Shown: positions 15,283 through 24,395 of the stretch, in pieces
How positions within the stretch are numbered: position 1 is the stretch's first letter
How the letters are laid out: each line of letters opens with the position of its first letter
Source: an uncultured Clostridia bacterium
Lineage (GTDB): Bacteria > Bacillota > Clostridia > TANB77 > CAG-508
Reading direction: 5' to 3'
Length of the DNA stretch: 47,397 nucleotides
Assembly: GCA_944386665.1 (NCBI GenBank)
Contig: CALXBZ010000002.1
Coordinates: 1-47,397 of the forward strand
Notes under the pieces: model-generated
Database searches by the model: none
What the model was told of the DNA's origin: nothing
Seen by the model: the letters and a program-made list of their open reading frames with translations, nothing else
Position numbers and translations under genes: made by a program

Positions 15283-16170
15283 TTAAAATATTGGTCTATC
15301 TATTTCAAACTCTTGTATTCCCATATATCCAGGAGCAATTTCATATTTTTTAAATACAATTACTACTTTTCCATTTGAATTAATATAAAAGTTCTGATAT
15401 TCATCTTCTATACCAGAAAATCCACCTTGTGATTTTGAAAAATATATATTATCTGGATTTTTACTTCTTTCTTCTATTTCTTTGTTTATAGTTTCATCTA
15501 CTATTTGTTTATAATCTTTTCCTAATAAATCCCTTAAATTCAAAGACTTTCCGGTTTCTATATCAATATTGTAAAAATATTCTTCTGTATAAGCACTAGC
15601 TAAAGTTTCTGTCTTTGTTATAACAAATGAAACTGCTTGATTACTTGAATATCCCACTTTGTAATTTACTTCTATATCTATTGCATGGTAATCTTCCATA
15701 GTTCCCCCTGTTTCTAAAACTGCATCCCTATAATCTTCTGCTCTTTTTTCTGCTTCATCCAAAATTTCTGTCATTTTTAGCATTATTTCATAATTTATTC
15801 TTTTTTCTAAATCTGTGTTCCCAGTATTTTCTATTGCAGGTATATTTGCATTTATAAGTTTTAACTCATCTTTTTTATGATATTCCTTTATTGTAACAAC
15901 TCTTGCTATATCTCCTATAATTGGTATTTCTGATACACTTTCTGCAAAACTAACATTTGTGTTTATTAAGAATACAAATGCAAAAAATACGCTAGCAATT
16001 GTTGTTGTCACATACTTAAAATATCTAAAATCGTAATTTCTTTTTCTTGGATTATTCAAAACAGCCTTATTTACAATATAATTTAATTGTTCGGGTATTT
16101 TAATAGATTGATAAGCTTGTCTTGCTTTTTTTAATTCTCTCACTGCTTTCATCCTCCTTTTACTTTTCAA
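15283..16170 (-). CDS. RsiV-like anti-sigma factor (N-terminal anti-sigma segment, one TM, DUF4163/DUF3298-type extracytoplasmic domain)
   Basis: 295-aa ORF overlapping the sigma gene by 11 nt. It has a TM segment (TTIASVFFAFVFLI) and a C-terminal region with the DUF3298-like pattern (...FYINSNGKVVIVFKKYEIAPGYMGIQEFEI). Confidence 0.7.
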   Translation of the reverse strand: MKSKRRMKAVRELKKARQAYQSIKIPEQLNYIVNKAVLNNPRKRNYDFRYFKYVTTTIASVFFAFVFLINTNVSFAESVSEIPIIGDIARVVTIKEYHKKDELKLINANIPAIENTGNTDLEKRINYEIMLKMTEILDEAEKRAEDYRDAVLETGGTMEDYHAIDIEVNYKVGYSSNQAVSFVITKTETLASAYTEEYFYNIDIETGKSLNLRDLLGKDYKQIVDETINKEIEERSKNPDNIYFSKSQGGFSGIEDEYQNFYINSNGKVVIVFKKYEIAPGYMGIQEFEIDRPIF

Positions 16171-16642
16171 CAGCTTTTTTTAATTCCTCCAATGCTTTAT
16201 ATAATCTCGATTTTACTGTATTTACATTAGTATTGGTAACCTTTGCTATTTCTTCTATTTTCATATCTTCAAAAAATCTCAATATTATTACCGTTTTTAA
16301 TTTATCATTTAACTTTTGTACACATTTATATATATCTATATCATCTTTTTGAATATCTTCTTCCCAATATATATTTTTTTCTAAATCATCTATACTATAC
16401 ATAATTAATTTTTTATTCTTTTTTACATATTGTAAACTTTCATTAATTAAAATTCTATAAAACCATGTTTTTATATATTCTGTTGTTTTTAATTGGTGAA
16501 TATTTTTTAATGCTTTTTCAATAGATTCCTGTACTATATCTAAAGCTGATTCTTCTTCTTTTGTATAGCTAAATGCAATTCTATATAATTTATTTTGATT
16601 TTCTTTAATATACTCTACTAATATCTCCGTTATTTCTTGCAC
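16160..16642 (-). CDS. ECF-type RNA polymerase sigma factor (SigV-like by context)
   Basis: 160-aa ORF with region 2 (ALDIVQESIEKALKNIHQLK...WFYRILINES) and a region 4 HTH (MKIEEIAKVTNTNVNTVKSRLYKA). It has a GTG start with AAGGAG 8 nt upstream. Confidence 0.85.
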   Translation of the reverse strand: MQEITEILVEYIKENQNKLYRIAFSYTKEEESALDIVQESIEKALKNIHQLKTTEYIKTWFYRILINESLQYVKKNKKLIMYSIDDLEKNIYWEEDIQKDDIDIYKCVQKLNDKLKTVIILRFFEDMKIEEIAKVTNTNVNTVKSRLYKALEELKKAVEK

Positions 16643-16656
16643 AATTTTAGCTCCTT

Positions 16657-17142
16657 CTAATTGTTTAAATAGTCATTAATTATTTTTTCTGCTTTATTTG
16701 CATCATTTGAAACACATAAAATAATATAATTTCCTTGAGTTTTTAAAATGCAATTTTCTAATTTATCTACTTCTTTTGGTACGTAATTTTGATAATTTAC
16801 TTTTCTTTCTTCTATATTTTCCTCTATTTTACTTGTTATTTCATTTAAGTTTGATTTGTCATATAACTCTATTACTAAAATTTCTTCTGCTGTTGCACCT
16901 GTTCCTATATAAGATATTGCATCTTTAATTAATTCTTCATTAAAATCATAGTTCTTAATTATAACTTCTTTTTCTATTAAATCTAATTTATCTTCAAATA
17001 TTGGTTCACCTTTTAATTTGTTTGATAATTCTGCTATGTTTATATTTATGTCTTTATTTTCTGTTCCTTTAAATTTTACTGTAATCATTAAAATTCCTAT
17101 TACTAAAATTATTATTATAGCTATTTTCGTTAAATTTTTCAT
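16657..17142 (-). CDS. DUF4358-like membrane-anchored protein
   Basis: 161-aa ORF with an N-terminal TM anchor and the pattern ...GTGATAEEILVIELYDKSN...NYVPKEVDKLENCILKTQGNYIILCVSND typical of DUF4358. Confidence 0.6.
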   Translation of the reverse strand: MKNLTKIAIIIILVIGILMITVKFKGTENKDININIAELSNKLKGEPIFEDKLDLIEKEVIIKNYDFNEELIKDAISYIGTGATAEEILVIELYDKSNLNEITSKIEENIEERKVNYQNYVPKEVDKLENCILKTQGNYIILCVSNDANKAEKIINDYLNN

Positions 17143-17158
17143 ATTTTTATTTTCTCCT

Positions 17159-18055
17159 TTAATTCTTCTTTAGGTAGTCTAACCATTTTAAACAATATTC
17201 TTTGTTAAGATGAACACCATCTGTACTTGCTTCTTCTGGTAAATCACCATTATTATTTGATAAAACTGATGCAACATCTATGTATTTAACATTTTTTTCT
17301 TTTGACATTTCTTTTAATAAGTCATTATATTCTTTTACTCTTTCATTTTTATATATATCATCATTATCTGATTTAGTTTTTGTAAGTGGAATAATTGATT
17401 GAACCAGTATCTCGCAATTTGGATTTATTTGCCTTATTAAATCTATTAATTCTCCATATTTATCTATAAATATATTACTATATCTCCATCCTAATTCGTT
17501 TACACCTAACATAATATAAACTGTATCTATATTTCTTTTTGCCATGTCTTCTAATATAGTTACTTTTTCTCCCTTATCAGCCTTTACAAATTTTTTAGTA
17601 ACTGCTGTATCAACCATTAGTCCTACATTAGTATAGTCTATAACTTCATTTAACCCTGCATACATTAAAAATGCTTGTGTTCTTGAGTCTCCAATAAAAG
17701 CTACATTGTTTCCAAATGTTCTTTCGTTATTAGATGTATTATTTTCTTTTGGCACTTCTGGTTCTTGTGGTTCTACTTGTTCTTGTGGGGCTTCTGTTTC
17801 CTGTGTTTTTTCTGGTTCTTTTGCTTCTTCTTTTATCTCATTTACTATTGGTATCTCTATAACATCTTTTATTTCTTCATTCATCAAATTTTCTTTAACT
17901 TCATTTTTTTCTGTTACTTCAGATATATTTGTTTCTTCTTTATATTTTGTATCTTTATTTTTCTTCTTACTAATATTTAATATGAGCATCACTAAACACA
18001 ATATAATTACAAATATTACTGCTGCTACCTTTCTTTTATTAATCTTTTGCTGCAT
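17159..18055 (-). CDS. Membrane-anchored SGNH/GDSL hydrolase with an acidic P/E/Q-rich linker
   Basis: 298-aa ORF with an N-terminal TM segment, a linker (EAPQEQVEPQEPEVPKE), block I (VAFIGDSRT) and block V (DGVHLNKEY). It is the first gene of a tightly spaced 4-gene operon (gaps of 16 and 14 nt, then an 11-nt overlap). Confidence 0.75.
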   Translation of the reverse strand: MQQKINKRKVAAVIFVIILCLVMLILNISKKKNKDTKYKEETNISEVTEKNEVKENLMNEEIKDVIEIPIVNEIKEEAKEPEKTQETEAPQEQVEPQEPEVPKENNTSNNERTFGNNVAFIGDSRTQAFLMYAGLNEVIDYTNVGLMVDTAVTKKFVKADKGEKVTILEDMAKRNIDTVYIMLGVNELGWRYSNIFIDKYGELIDLIRQINPNCEILVQSIIPLTKTKSDNDDIYKNERVKEYNDLLKEMSKEKNVKYIDVASVLSNNNGDLPEEASTDGVHLNKEYCLKWLDYLKKN

Positions 18056-18139
18056 TTTTGTTACCTCTTTTCTACTTACATTTATTAGATTATTTGAAAG
18101 TAAAAAAAGTTTAAATTTTTTTTAAAATTTTTAATAAAG

Positions 18140-18174
18140 TAAAACAAGAGAAATTTTGCAGTATTTTCTCTTGC
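18140..18174 (-). terminator. Rho-independent terminator of the acyl-CoA ligase gene
   Basis: On the minus strand CAAGAGAAA and TTTCTCTTG pair (18165-18173 with 18145-18153), followed by UUUUAC. Confidence 0.6.
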
Positions 18175-18195
18175 TTTATCAATATTTAATTTGTT

Positions 18196-19941
18196 TTATT
18201 GTTGTTCGTTTTTAAGAATTTTTTCAATTTCTTCATGTCTTTTTATCTTAGCTGTTGAAGTTTTTATCATTGGCTCATCCGTTATTATTAGTTTCTTAAT
18301 GTGCTTATAATTAGTTAACTTATTATTTATTTCTTTTATATCTTCCCAAATTTTCTTATGAAGTTCTTCTTTGGTTATATTGTTATAGTTTTCTTCAACA
18401 AAATCTTTATTGTAAGTTATTTCTACTGATACAATTAAATCATCATCTTTTGGATAGCCGAATACCATACAGTCTTCAACATATGGAAGCTTGGCAATTA
18501 ATGATTCTATTTCTTCTGGATATATATTTTTTCCATTTTTTAAAACTATTACATTTTTCTTTCTTCCTGTAATGAAGAAATATCCATCTTTATCTTGTTT
18601 TGCTAAATCTCCTGTATAAAACCAACCATCTTTTAAAACTTGTTTTGTTGCTTCTTCGTTCTCATAATATCCAAGCATTACATTTGGGCCTTGTGCAATT
18701 AATTCTCCTATACCTTGTTCATTTGGTTGATATATCTTTAATGTTACTCCAGGCATTGGAAATCCTATTGAACCATATTTTATACAATTTTCATTTTCCG
18801 CTGCTAATACTGGAGACGTTTCTGTTAATCCATATCCTTGTATTGTTAAAATTCCAAAATCATTAAAAGCTTTTGCTACTCTTGGATCTAATCTAGAAGC
18901 ACCACTTATAATTGCTCTTAATCCTCCGCCTAAATTATTTATTATATCTTTGAATATATTTCTTCTAATGTCTATTCCTAATTTTAGTAAGAAGTTACTA
19001 ATTGGGGTTATAAATTTTATTAATTTTGTTTTGCCTTGTTTTTCTATCTCTTTTTCTATTTTTTTATACATTGCTTCTATTAAAAGGGGAACGCATACAA
19101 ATATTGATACTTTATATTCTTTCATATTTGTTTGTATGTGTCTTATACCATCACAAAATACATTCATACATCCATGATTTAAGAATATTAATATTGCCGT
19201 ACTTCCAAAAGTGTGATGAAATGGTAGAAATGCCATATTTACATCTGTGCTTAAAAATTTTTCTACTTTATTCATCGCAGTTATGTTTGATGCAATATTT
19301 TTATGTGATAGCATAACTGCCTTTGATTTTGAAGTAGTTCCAGATGTAAATAATATAACGCTCATTTTTTCATTGTCTATTTCAGCGTCTATAAATTCTT
19401 TGTTTCCATCTGTTACTAATTTTTTCCCCTCTTCTACTAAATCTCCCAAATATAAAAAGTCTTCTGTTTTTTCATTTTCCCAAATAGGATCCATGCAAAT
19501 AAATTTTGTTACTTTAGTTAATTTTTCATCTTTAATTTTTTTCATTGTTTCTAAAAATTCATCTGCAAATATTATACAGTCCGCATAGCTTCTTTGTAAA
19601 GAAGTTATTATTTCTTCTTCTGGAAGTCCTTTATCTAAAGGAACTACTATACCTGTTCCATTTAATACTGCAACATAAGACAAAACCCATTCGTATCTGT
19701 TTTTACCTATTATTGCCACTCTCTTGTTCTTTAATCCCATGTTTATTAGAGTTGTTCCTAATGCATTTATTTCTTCTTGAAATTGACTATACTTTATTTC
19801 TTTATAATTTACTTGTTTTCCATTTGTTTCTTTCAATTTAAAAGCTATATTATCTGGATAATTTGTAAAAGCGTTATCTAATACTTCTCTTATATTTTTG
19901 TAATCCTTTGTCTCGTAAATCTCATATTTTTCTTTTTTCAT
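18196..19941 (-). CDS. AMP-dependent synthetase/ligase (long-chain fatty acid--CoA ligase-like)
   Basis: AMP-binding motif ILFTSGTTSKSKAVMLSH, with GYGLTE and TGD..K motifs. I prefer the ATG at 19941 (GGGGA 10 nt upstream) over the track start at 19974. Confidence 0.85.
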   Translation of the reverse strand: MKKEKYEIYETKDYKNIREVLDNAFTNYPDNIAFKLKETNGKQVNYKEIKYSQFQEEINALGTTLINMGLKNKRVAIIGKNRYEWVLSYVAVLNGTGIVVPLDKGLPEEEIITSLQRSYADCIIFADEFLETMKKIKDEKLTKVTKFICMDPIWENEKTEDFLYLGDLVEEGKKLVTDGNKEFIDAEIDNEKMSVILFTSGTTSKSKAVMLSHKNIASNITAMNKVEKFLSTDVNMAFLPFHHTFGSTAILIFLNHGCMNVFCDGIRHIQTNMKEYKVSIFVCVPLLIEAMYKKIEKEIEKQGKTKLIKFITPISNFLLKLGIDIRRNIFKDIINNLGGGLRAIISGASRLDPRVAKAFNDFGILTIQGYGLTETSPVLAAENENCIKYGSIGFPMPGVTLKIYQPNEQGIGELIAQGPNVMLGYYENEEATKQVLKDGWFYTGDLAKQDKDGYFFITGRKKNVIVLKNGKNIYPEEIESLIAKLPYVEDCMVFGYPKDDDLIVSVEITYNKDFVEENYNNITKEELHKKIWEDIKEINNKLTNYKHIKKLIITDEPMIKTSTAKIKRHEEIEKILKNEQQ

Positions 19942-20242
19942 CTTATAGTAATCCCCTTTCACAGACTTTATCATTTCATATTATCCTACACTTTATTTCT
20001 TTAATAGAATATCATAAAATTAAAATATATACAATAATTATGACTATATATTCGAAAGTGCTTTTCCTACAAATTATTTTTCATATTACCATATTTTTTT
20101 CATATACATATATTGGTGATTTATATGAATTGTCATGAATTTTTTTCTTCTATCGGAAGTAACCTTTCCACAATTGCAGATCAAAACGATTTCCTATCTG
20201 ATAAATACTGATTTAAAACTTTTATTATCATTGTAAGAATCA

Positions 20243-20281
20243 TAAAAATAGCGTGAAGGCTTCATTTTTTGCCTTCACGCT
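20243..20281 (-). terminator. Rho-independent terminator of the 112-aa orphan gene
   Basis: AGCGTGAAGGC (20250-20260) pairs with GCCTTCACGCT (20271-20281), an 11-bp GC-rich stem, followed on the minus strand by AUUUUUAUG. It starts 6 nt after the stop. Confidence 0.75.
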
Positions 20282-20286
20282 AGGAA

Positions 20287-20625
20287 TTATTTGCCTCTTA
20301 GAACAATCCGGTATTTGCACACACTGAAAGAAACATTATAGTCTTGCAAAAGTGTTTTTTGGTCTTTACTCAGCTGTCTCGTCATCATTCGCTTTCCCTG
20401 CTTACAGGCATAATGGATATCCTTTAGCAGCGTGCTATCAATGTCGCGAATGCGCTTGAATTGCTTGGTTCTGATAACGTAGCTGAATGGTTCTATCTCA
20501 AAAAATCTTTCAAGAAATTCTTTCTGTTCTTGAGACAGTTTCCAAATCACTTCTTGCTTACCTTTATTTTTCATCTGTCTAAGCTGATACAGCTGACTAT
20601 GCAACCGAAATTGTTTGTTCTTCAT
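20287..20625 (-). CDS. Hypothetical 112-aa basic protein with an internal duplication, compositionally foreign (about 39% G+C)
   Basis: The track ORF is 20287..20718. The ATG at 20625 is preceded by AGGAGGG (8-nt spacing). The motif is duplicated: KLSQEQKEFLERFF...FSYVIRTKQ versus QLSKDQKTLLQDYN...FSVCKYRIVLR. I counted 93 G+C in 240 nt over 20341-20580. Two in-frame CGG codons lie at 20308-20310 and 20605-20607. No family recognised. Confidence 0.6.
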   Translation of the reverse strand: MKNKQFRLHSQLYQLRQMKNKGKQEVIWKLSQEQKEFLERFFEIEPFSYVIRTKQFKRIRDIDSTLLKDIHYACKQGKRMMTRQLSKDQKTLLQDYNVSFSVCKYRIVLRGK

Positions 20626-20658
20626 AGGCCTATCCCTCCTATAAAAAGTTCTATCTAT

Positions 20659-20716
20659 AGAATACCACATTTTCCCTAAAAAATAAAGTTTTTTGACATA
20701 TTTTGTCGTTTTTGTC
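20659..20716 (-). promoter_or_regulatory. Promoter region of the 112-aa gene: extended -10 TGGTATTCT (20659-20667) and three direct GACAAAA-like repeats at 9-10-bp spacing (20689-20716)
   Basis: The minus strand reads TTGACAAAAACGACAAAATATGTCAAAAAAC, followed by a weak -35 (TTTATT), a 17-nt spacer and TGGTATTCT. The repeats are helically phased immediately upstream of the -35. Confidence 0.4.
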
Positions 20717-20756
20717 AATTTTAATACATTTATAAGTGGTATAAATAACTTTATTA

Positions 20757-20792
20757 CAAAAATGTTCGTTTGGGGACTGTCCCCAAACGAGC
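20757..20792 (-). terminator. Rho-independent terminator of spoIVA
   Basis: GCUCGUUUGGGGA, a CAG loop and UCCCCAAACGAAC (12 of 13 positions paired), followed by AUUUUU. It begins 4 nt after the stop codon. Confidence 0.8.
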
Positions 20793-20795
20793 ATT

Positions 20796-22274
20796 TTATA
20801 ATATTATACAGATTAATCCTCCGCTTCCTTCATTTATAATTCTTTCTAATGTTTCTTGTAATTTATCTTGCGCATCTCCAGGCATTTTCATAAGCTTTGT
20901 TTGAAGGCCTTCATTCACTAATTCATGTAAACTTTTTCCGAATATATTTGATTCCCATATTTTCTTTGGATCATTTTCAAATTCCGACAGTAACGATTCT
21001 ACTAATTCTTGAGATTGTTTTTCGCTTCCAACTATTGGAGATACTTCTGTTTCTATATCTGCTCTTATCATATGTATTGATGGTGCTTTTGCTCTTAGTT
21101 TTACTCCATAACGAGATCCTTGTTTTACCATTTCAGGTTCTTCTAATATCAACTCGTCTATAGAAGGACTTACTATTCCATATCCTTTACTGCTTACCTC
21201 TTGTAAAGCAGTCGAAACTTTATCGTACTCCTTCTTTATATTTGAGAAAGAAAGCATACTAGAGAAAAGTTCTCCTTCATTTGTAATAGGTACTCCTGAA
21301 ATTTCAGTTAACACTTTGTAGAATAAATCATCTATCAAATTAATAGTTATATTAACACTTCCTGTTCCAAGTTGTATTTCATTTATAACACTATTTAAAA
21401 TGACTTCCGTTTTTTGCAATTGAGTTATTCTGTTATCTATTTGTTTTAGTATCTTTATGTCTCGAAAAGCATTTTTTATTTCATCATAAAGTTCTTCTTT
21501 TAACCAATGTGTTTCTGGCAAACCATCCACCCATCTAGGGAAACTAATATTTACTCTTTCTATTGGAAATTCGTATAGCACCTTTCCAAATATTTCGTCT
21601 ATTTTGTCTGCTGTTAGATTTTCGCAATCTGTTGGTATTACTTGTGTATCATATTTTTCTTGTAATTTTTGTGCTAAGCTTTGAGTATAGTCTGAATCCG
21701 GTTGACTTGAATTTAAGACTATAATGAATGGTTTATTTAATTCTTTTAATTCTTTTACCACTCTTTCTTCTGGCTCTATATAATCTTTTCTTTCAATATC
21801 TGTAACACTTCCATCGGTTGTTACTAAAATTCCTATTGTAGAATGTTCTTGTATTACTTTTTTAGTTCCAATTTCTGCTGCCTGCTCAAATGGTATTTCC
21901 TCTGTTGACCATGGTGTTTTTACCATTCTTGGCATATCATCTTCTAAATGTCCTATAGCATTATTTACTAAATACCCAACACAATCCACTAATCTTACAT
22001 TTAGATTTATATTATCACCTACAGTAATTCCCACTGCTTCATTTGGAATAAATTTTGGTTCTGTTGTCATAATAGTTCTTCCACCAGCACTTTGTGGTAG
22101 TTCATCCTGTGCTCTTTCCTTTTTGTATTCATTGTCTATGTTTGGAATAACTAATAAATCCATAAATCGCTTTATAAATGTAGATTTACCAGTTCTAACA
22201 GGTCCAACAACACCAACATAAATATCACCATCTGTCCTTTTGGCTATGTCTTGATATAACCTATTATCTTTCAT
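20796..22274 (-). CDS. spoIVA: Stage IV sporulation protein A (spore coat morphogenetic ATPase)
   Basis: The N-terminus MKDNRLYQDIAKRTDGDIYVGVVGPVRTGKSTFIKRFM (Walker A) is the canonical SpoIVA start. The ATG at 22274 with GGAGG 10 nt upstream gives 492 aa, whereas the track start is 22328. Confidence 0.93.
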   Translation of the reverse strand: MKDNRLYQDIAKRTDGDIYVGVVGPVRTGKSTFIKRFMDLLVIPNIDNEYKKERAQDELPQSAGGRTIMTTEPKFIPNEAVGITVGDNINLNVRLVDCVGYLVNNAIGHLEDDMPRMVKTPWSTEEIPFEQAAEIGTKKVIQEHSTIGILVTTDGSVTDIERKDYIEPEERVVKELKELNKPFIIVLNSSQPDSDYTQSLAQKLQEKYDTQVIPTDCENLTADKIDEIFGKVLYEFPIERVNISFPRWVDGLPETHWLKEELYDEIKNAFRDIKILKQIDNRITQLQKTEVILNSVINEIQLGTGSVNITINLIDDLFYKVLTEISGVPITNEGELFSSMLSFSNIKKEYDKVSTALQEVSSKGYGIVSPSIDELILEEPEMVKQGSRYGVKLRAKAPSIHMIRADIETEVSPIVGSEKQSQELVESLLSEFENDPKKIWESNIFGKSLHELVNEGLQTKLMKMPGDAQDKLQETLERIINEGSGGLICIIL

Positions 22275-22585
22275 TAATATTCTACCTCCTACCTTCATAA
22301 ATGAGTAATAATCTTTCGATATTGTCATTTATCTTAATATTTGTTTTTATTAATTAAATTAACAACACATTATGATTGCAATATTAAATAACTCGTTAAA
22401 TTTAAGTTTTAATGTGTTTGTACAACAACTTTATTTAATGTATATTATTATTTTTTTTAGATATGCATAAAAACAAAATTATTTTTACATATTTTTATAT
22501 TTTTAGTAAAAACTATATATAAGTTATTATTGTAATTCTTAGACAGTAGTTTTATAAACGAACATATATTAATTGGAGGTATATT

Positions 22586-24358
22586 TTGAAAAACAATTCT
22601 AAAAATAAAAATTTAATAAAGCAATATCTTCATAAAATATTTTACGAAGACAATCCAGACGATTATGATTTTACTCTTGGTGAAACCACTAATTCCATTG
22701 TTGTTAACCGTTCTACCTCTTACAATCAAGATGTTCAAAGCAATTTAACTTTGGAGAATGAAATTCTAGAAACCGCTAACACAAGTAATGATAAAGTTTT
22801 TCAGTCCATTAATGTTAATTTGGAATATATAAAAGTTAGATTTAATAGCATGATTAACTCTGATATAAAAATCAGAGAATTTACCTTAAATGCACGAAAC
22901 AAGCAATACCAAGCTTTCTTAGTGTATATTGATGGAATGACTAATCAAGATCTTATGAATAATTATATTTTAAATCCTCTTATGCTAAAAAATACAGCAA
23001 ATTCCTTTGATGGAAACCAAAATAGGATTTTATCAGAAGTAAAGACTAATAATATTACTGTTAGAAAAGTAAAAAAATTTGATATTGTAGAATACATTTC
23101 TAATTGTTTACTTCCTCAAAATACAATTAAGGAATTTTCAAAATTTGATGATATAGCAAATGGAATAAACTCTGGAAATTGTGCACTATTTATAGATACA
23201 ATAGACATTGCTTTTGATATTGAAGTAAAAGGTTTTCAACAACGTAGTTTAGGTAATCCTAATAATGAAATAATAATTAGAGGCTCTCAAGTTGGCTTTA
23301 CGGAGAATTTGCGTACAAACACTTCTCTTATTCGTAGATATATTAATAATGAAAATTTAGTTATAGAATCTGTTGAAGTAGGCAAAATAAGCAAAACTTC
23401 TTGTGCAATTTGTTACTTAAAAAATGTTGCAAATAGAGATTTAGTTGCTGAAGTACGCTATCGCATTAATAATTTATCTATTGATTATTTAATATCTTCC
23501 GGTCAATTAGAACAGTTAATTCAAGATGCTGATAGTCCAAGTCTTCCTCAAATGATTGCTACTGAAAGGCCTGATAGAACTTCTAGTTTATTATTTGATG
23601 GAAGAGTTGCAATAATTGTTAACGGAAGTCCTTATGTCTTAGTTGTCCCTGCCGTTTTTTCTGATTTTATAGCATCTCCAGAGGATTTTAACTTAAGACA
23701 TCAATATTCTAATTTTATGAGAACATTAAGAATTGTAGCTCTTGGATTTTCTTTATTACTACCAGGTATTTATATGGCAATTACGAATTTTCATCAAGAG
23801 CTTATACCTACAGAGCTGTTATATACAATAATATCAGCTCGTGAAACAGTTCCATTTCCTGTACTATTTGAAATTTTAATTATGGAACTGTCTTTTGAAT
23901 TAATTAGAGAGGCTAGCATTAGAGTTCCGTCTCCTATTGGTTCGACTATTGGTATTGTTGGCGCTTTAATATTAGGTCAAGCTGCAGTTGACGCAAGTAT
24001 TGTAAGTCCTATTTTAATCATTATAGTTTCATTTACTGCTATATGCTCTTTTTCAATACCTGACTTTTCTTTAGGTTTTCATTTTAGAATAATGAGATTT
24101 ATATATATATTATTAGGAGCGATGGCTGGATTTTTAGGAATAGCTGCTGGAATTTGTGTTCATTTAATTGTATTAAATAATTTAAAGTCATTTGGAGTTA
24201 GCTATTTAGGAAAAAGTATTTTTAAACATAATAGAGCCGGAAATGGACTAATTCTTTCACCGGCATATCACAGAGAAAATAGATCAGAATTTTTAAAAGT
24301 TAAAAGACCTAAAATGCAAGATGATATCAGTATGAAATGGAAATATCGTCAAAACTAA
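22586..24358 (+). CDS. Spore germination protein, GerA/GerK A-subunit family
   Basis: 590-aa ORF with a TTG start and GGAGG 6 nt upstream. It has a GerA-family core (...RGSQVGFTENLRTNTSLIRRYI...ATERPDRTSSLLFDGRVAIIVNGSPYVLVVPAVF...) with C-terminal TM segments and an N-terminal extension of about 70 aa. Confidence 0.88.
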   Translation: MKNNSKNKNLIKQYLHKIFYEDNPDDYDFTLGETTNSIVVNRSTSYNQDVQSNLTLENEILETANTSNDKVFQSINVNLEYIKVRFNSMINSDIKIREFTLNARNKQYQAFLVYIDGMTNQDLMNNYILNPLMLKNTANSFDGNQNRILSEVKTNNITVRKVKKFDIVEYISNCLLPQNTIKEFSKFDDIANGINSGNCALFIDTIDIAFDIEVKGFQQRSLGNPNNEIIIRGSQVGFTENLRTNTSLIRRYINNENLVIESVEVGKISKTSCAICYLKNVANRDLVAEVRYRINNLSIDYLISSGQLEQLIQDADSPSLPQMIATERPDRTSSLLFDGRVAIIVNGSPYVLVVPAVFSDFIASPEDFNLRHQYSNFMRTLRIVALGFSLLLPGIYMAITNFHQELIPTELLYTIISARETVPFPVLFEILIMELSFELIREASIRVPSPIGSTIGIVGALILGQAAVDASIVSPILIIIVSFTAICSFSIPDFSLGFHFRIMRFIYILLGAMAGFLGIAAGICVHLIVLNNLKSFGVSYLGKSIFKHNRAGNGLILSPAYHRENRSEFLKVKRPKMQDDISMKWKYRQN

Positions 24359-24395
24359 TTTAGAAAGGAGTTACGAATATAATTCGTGCATAATT

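Noticed and set aside
20125-20211. A 28-codon plus-strand ORF (MNCHEFFSSIGSNLSTIADQNDFLSDKY) with GGTGA 5 nt upstream, in slightly GC-richer DNA next to the second cassette.
   Set aside because: It is too short and has no supporting signal (no cognate modification or transport genes, and no conservation can be assessed). It may be debris of the element that delivered the 112-aa gene.
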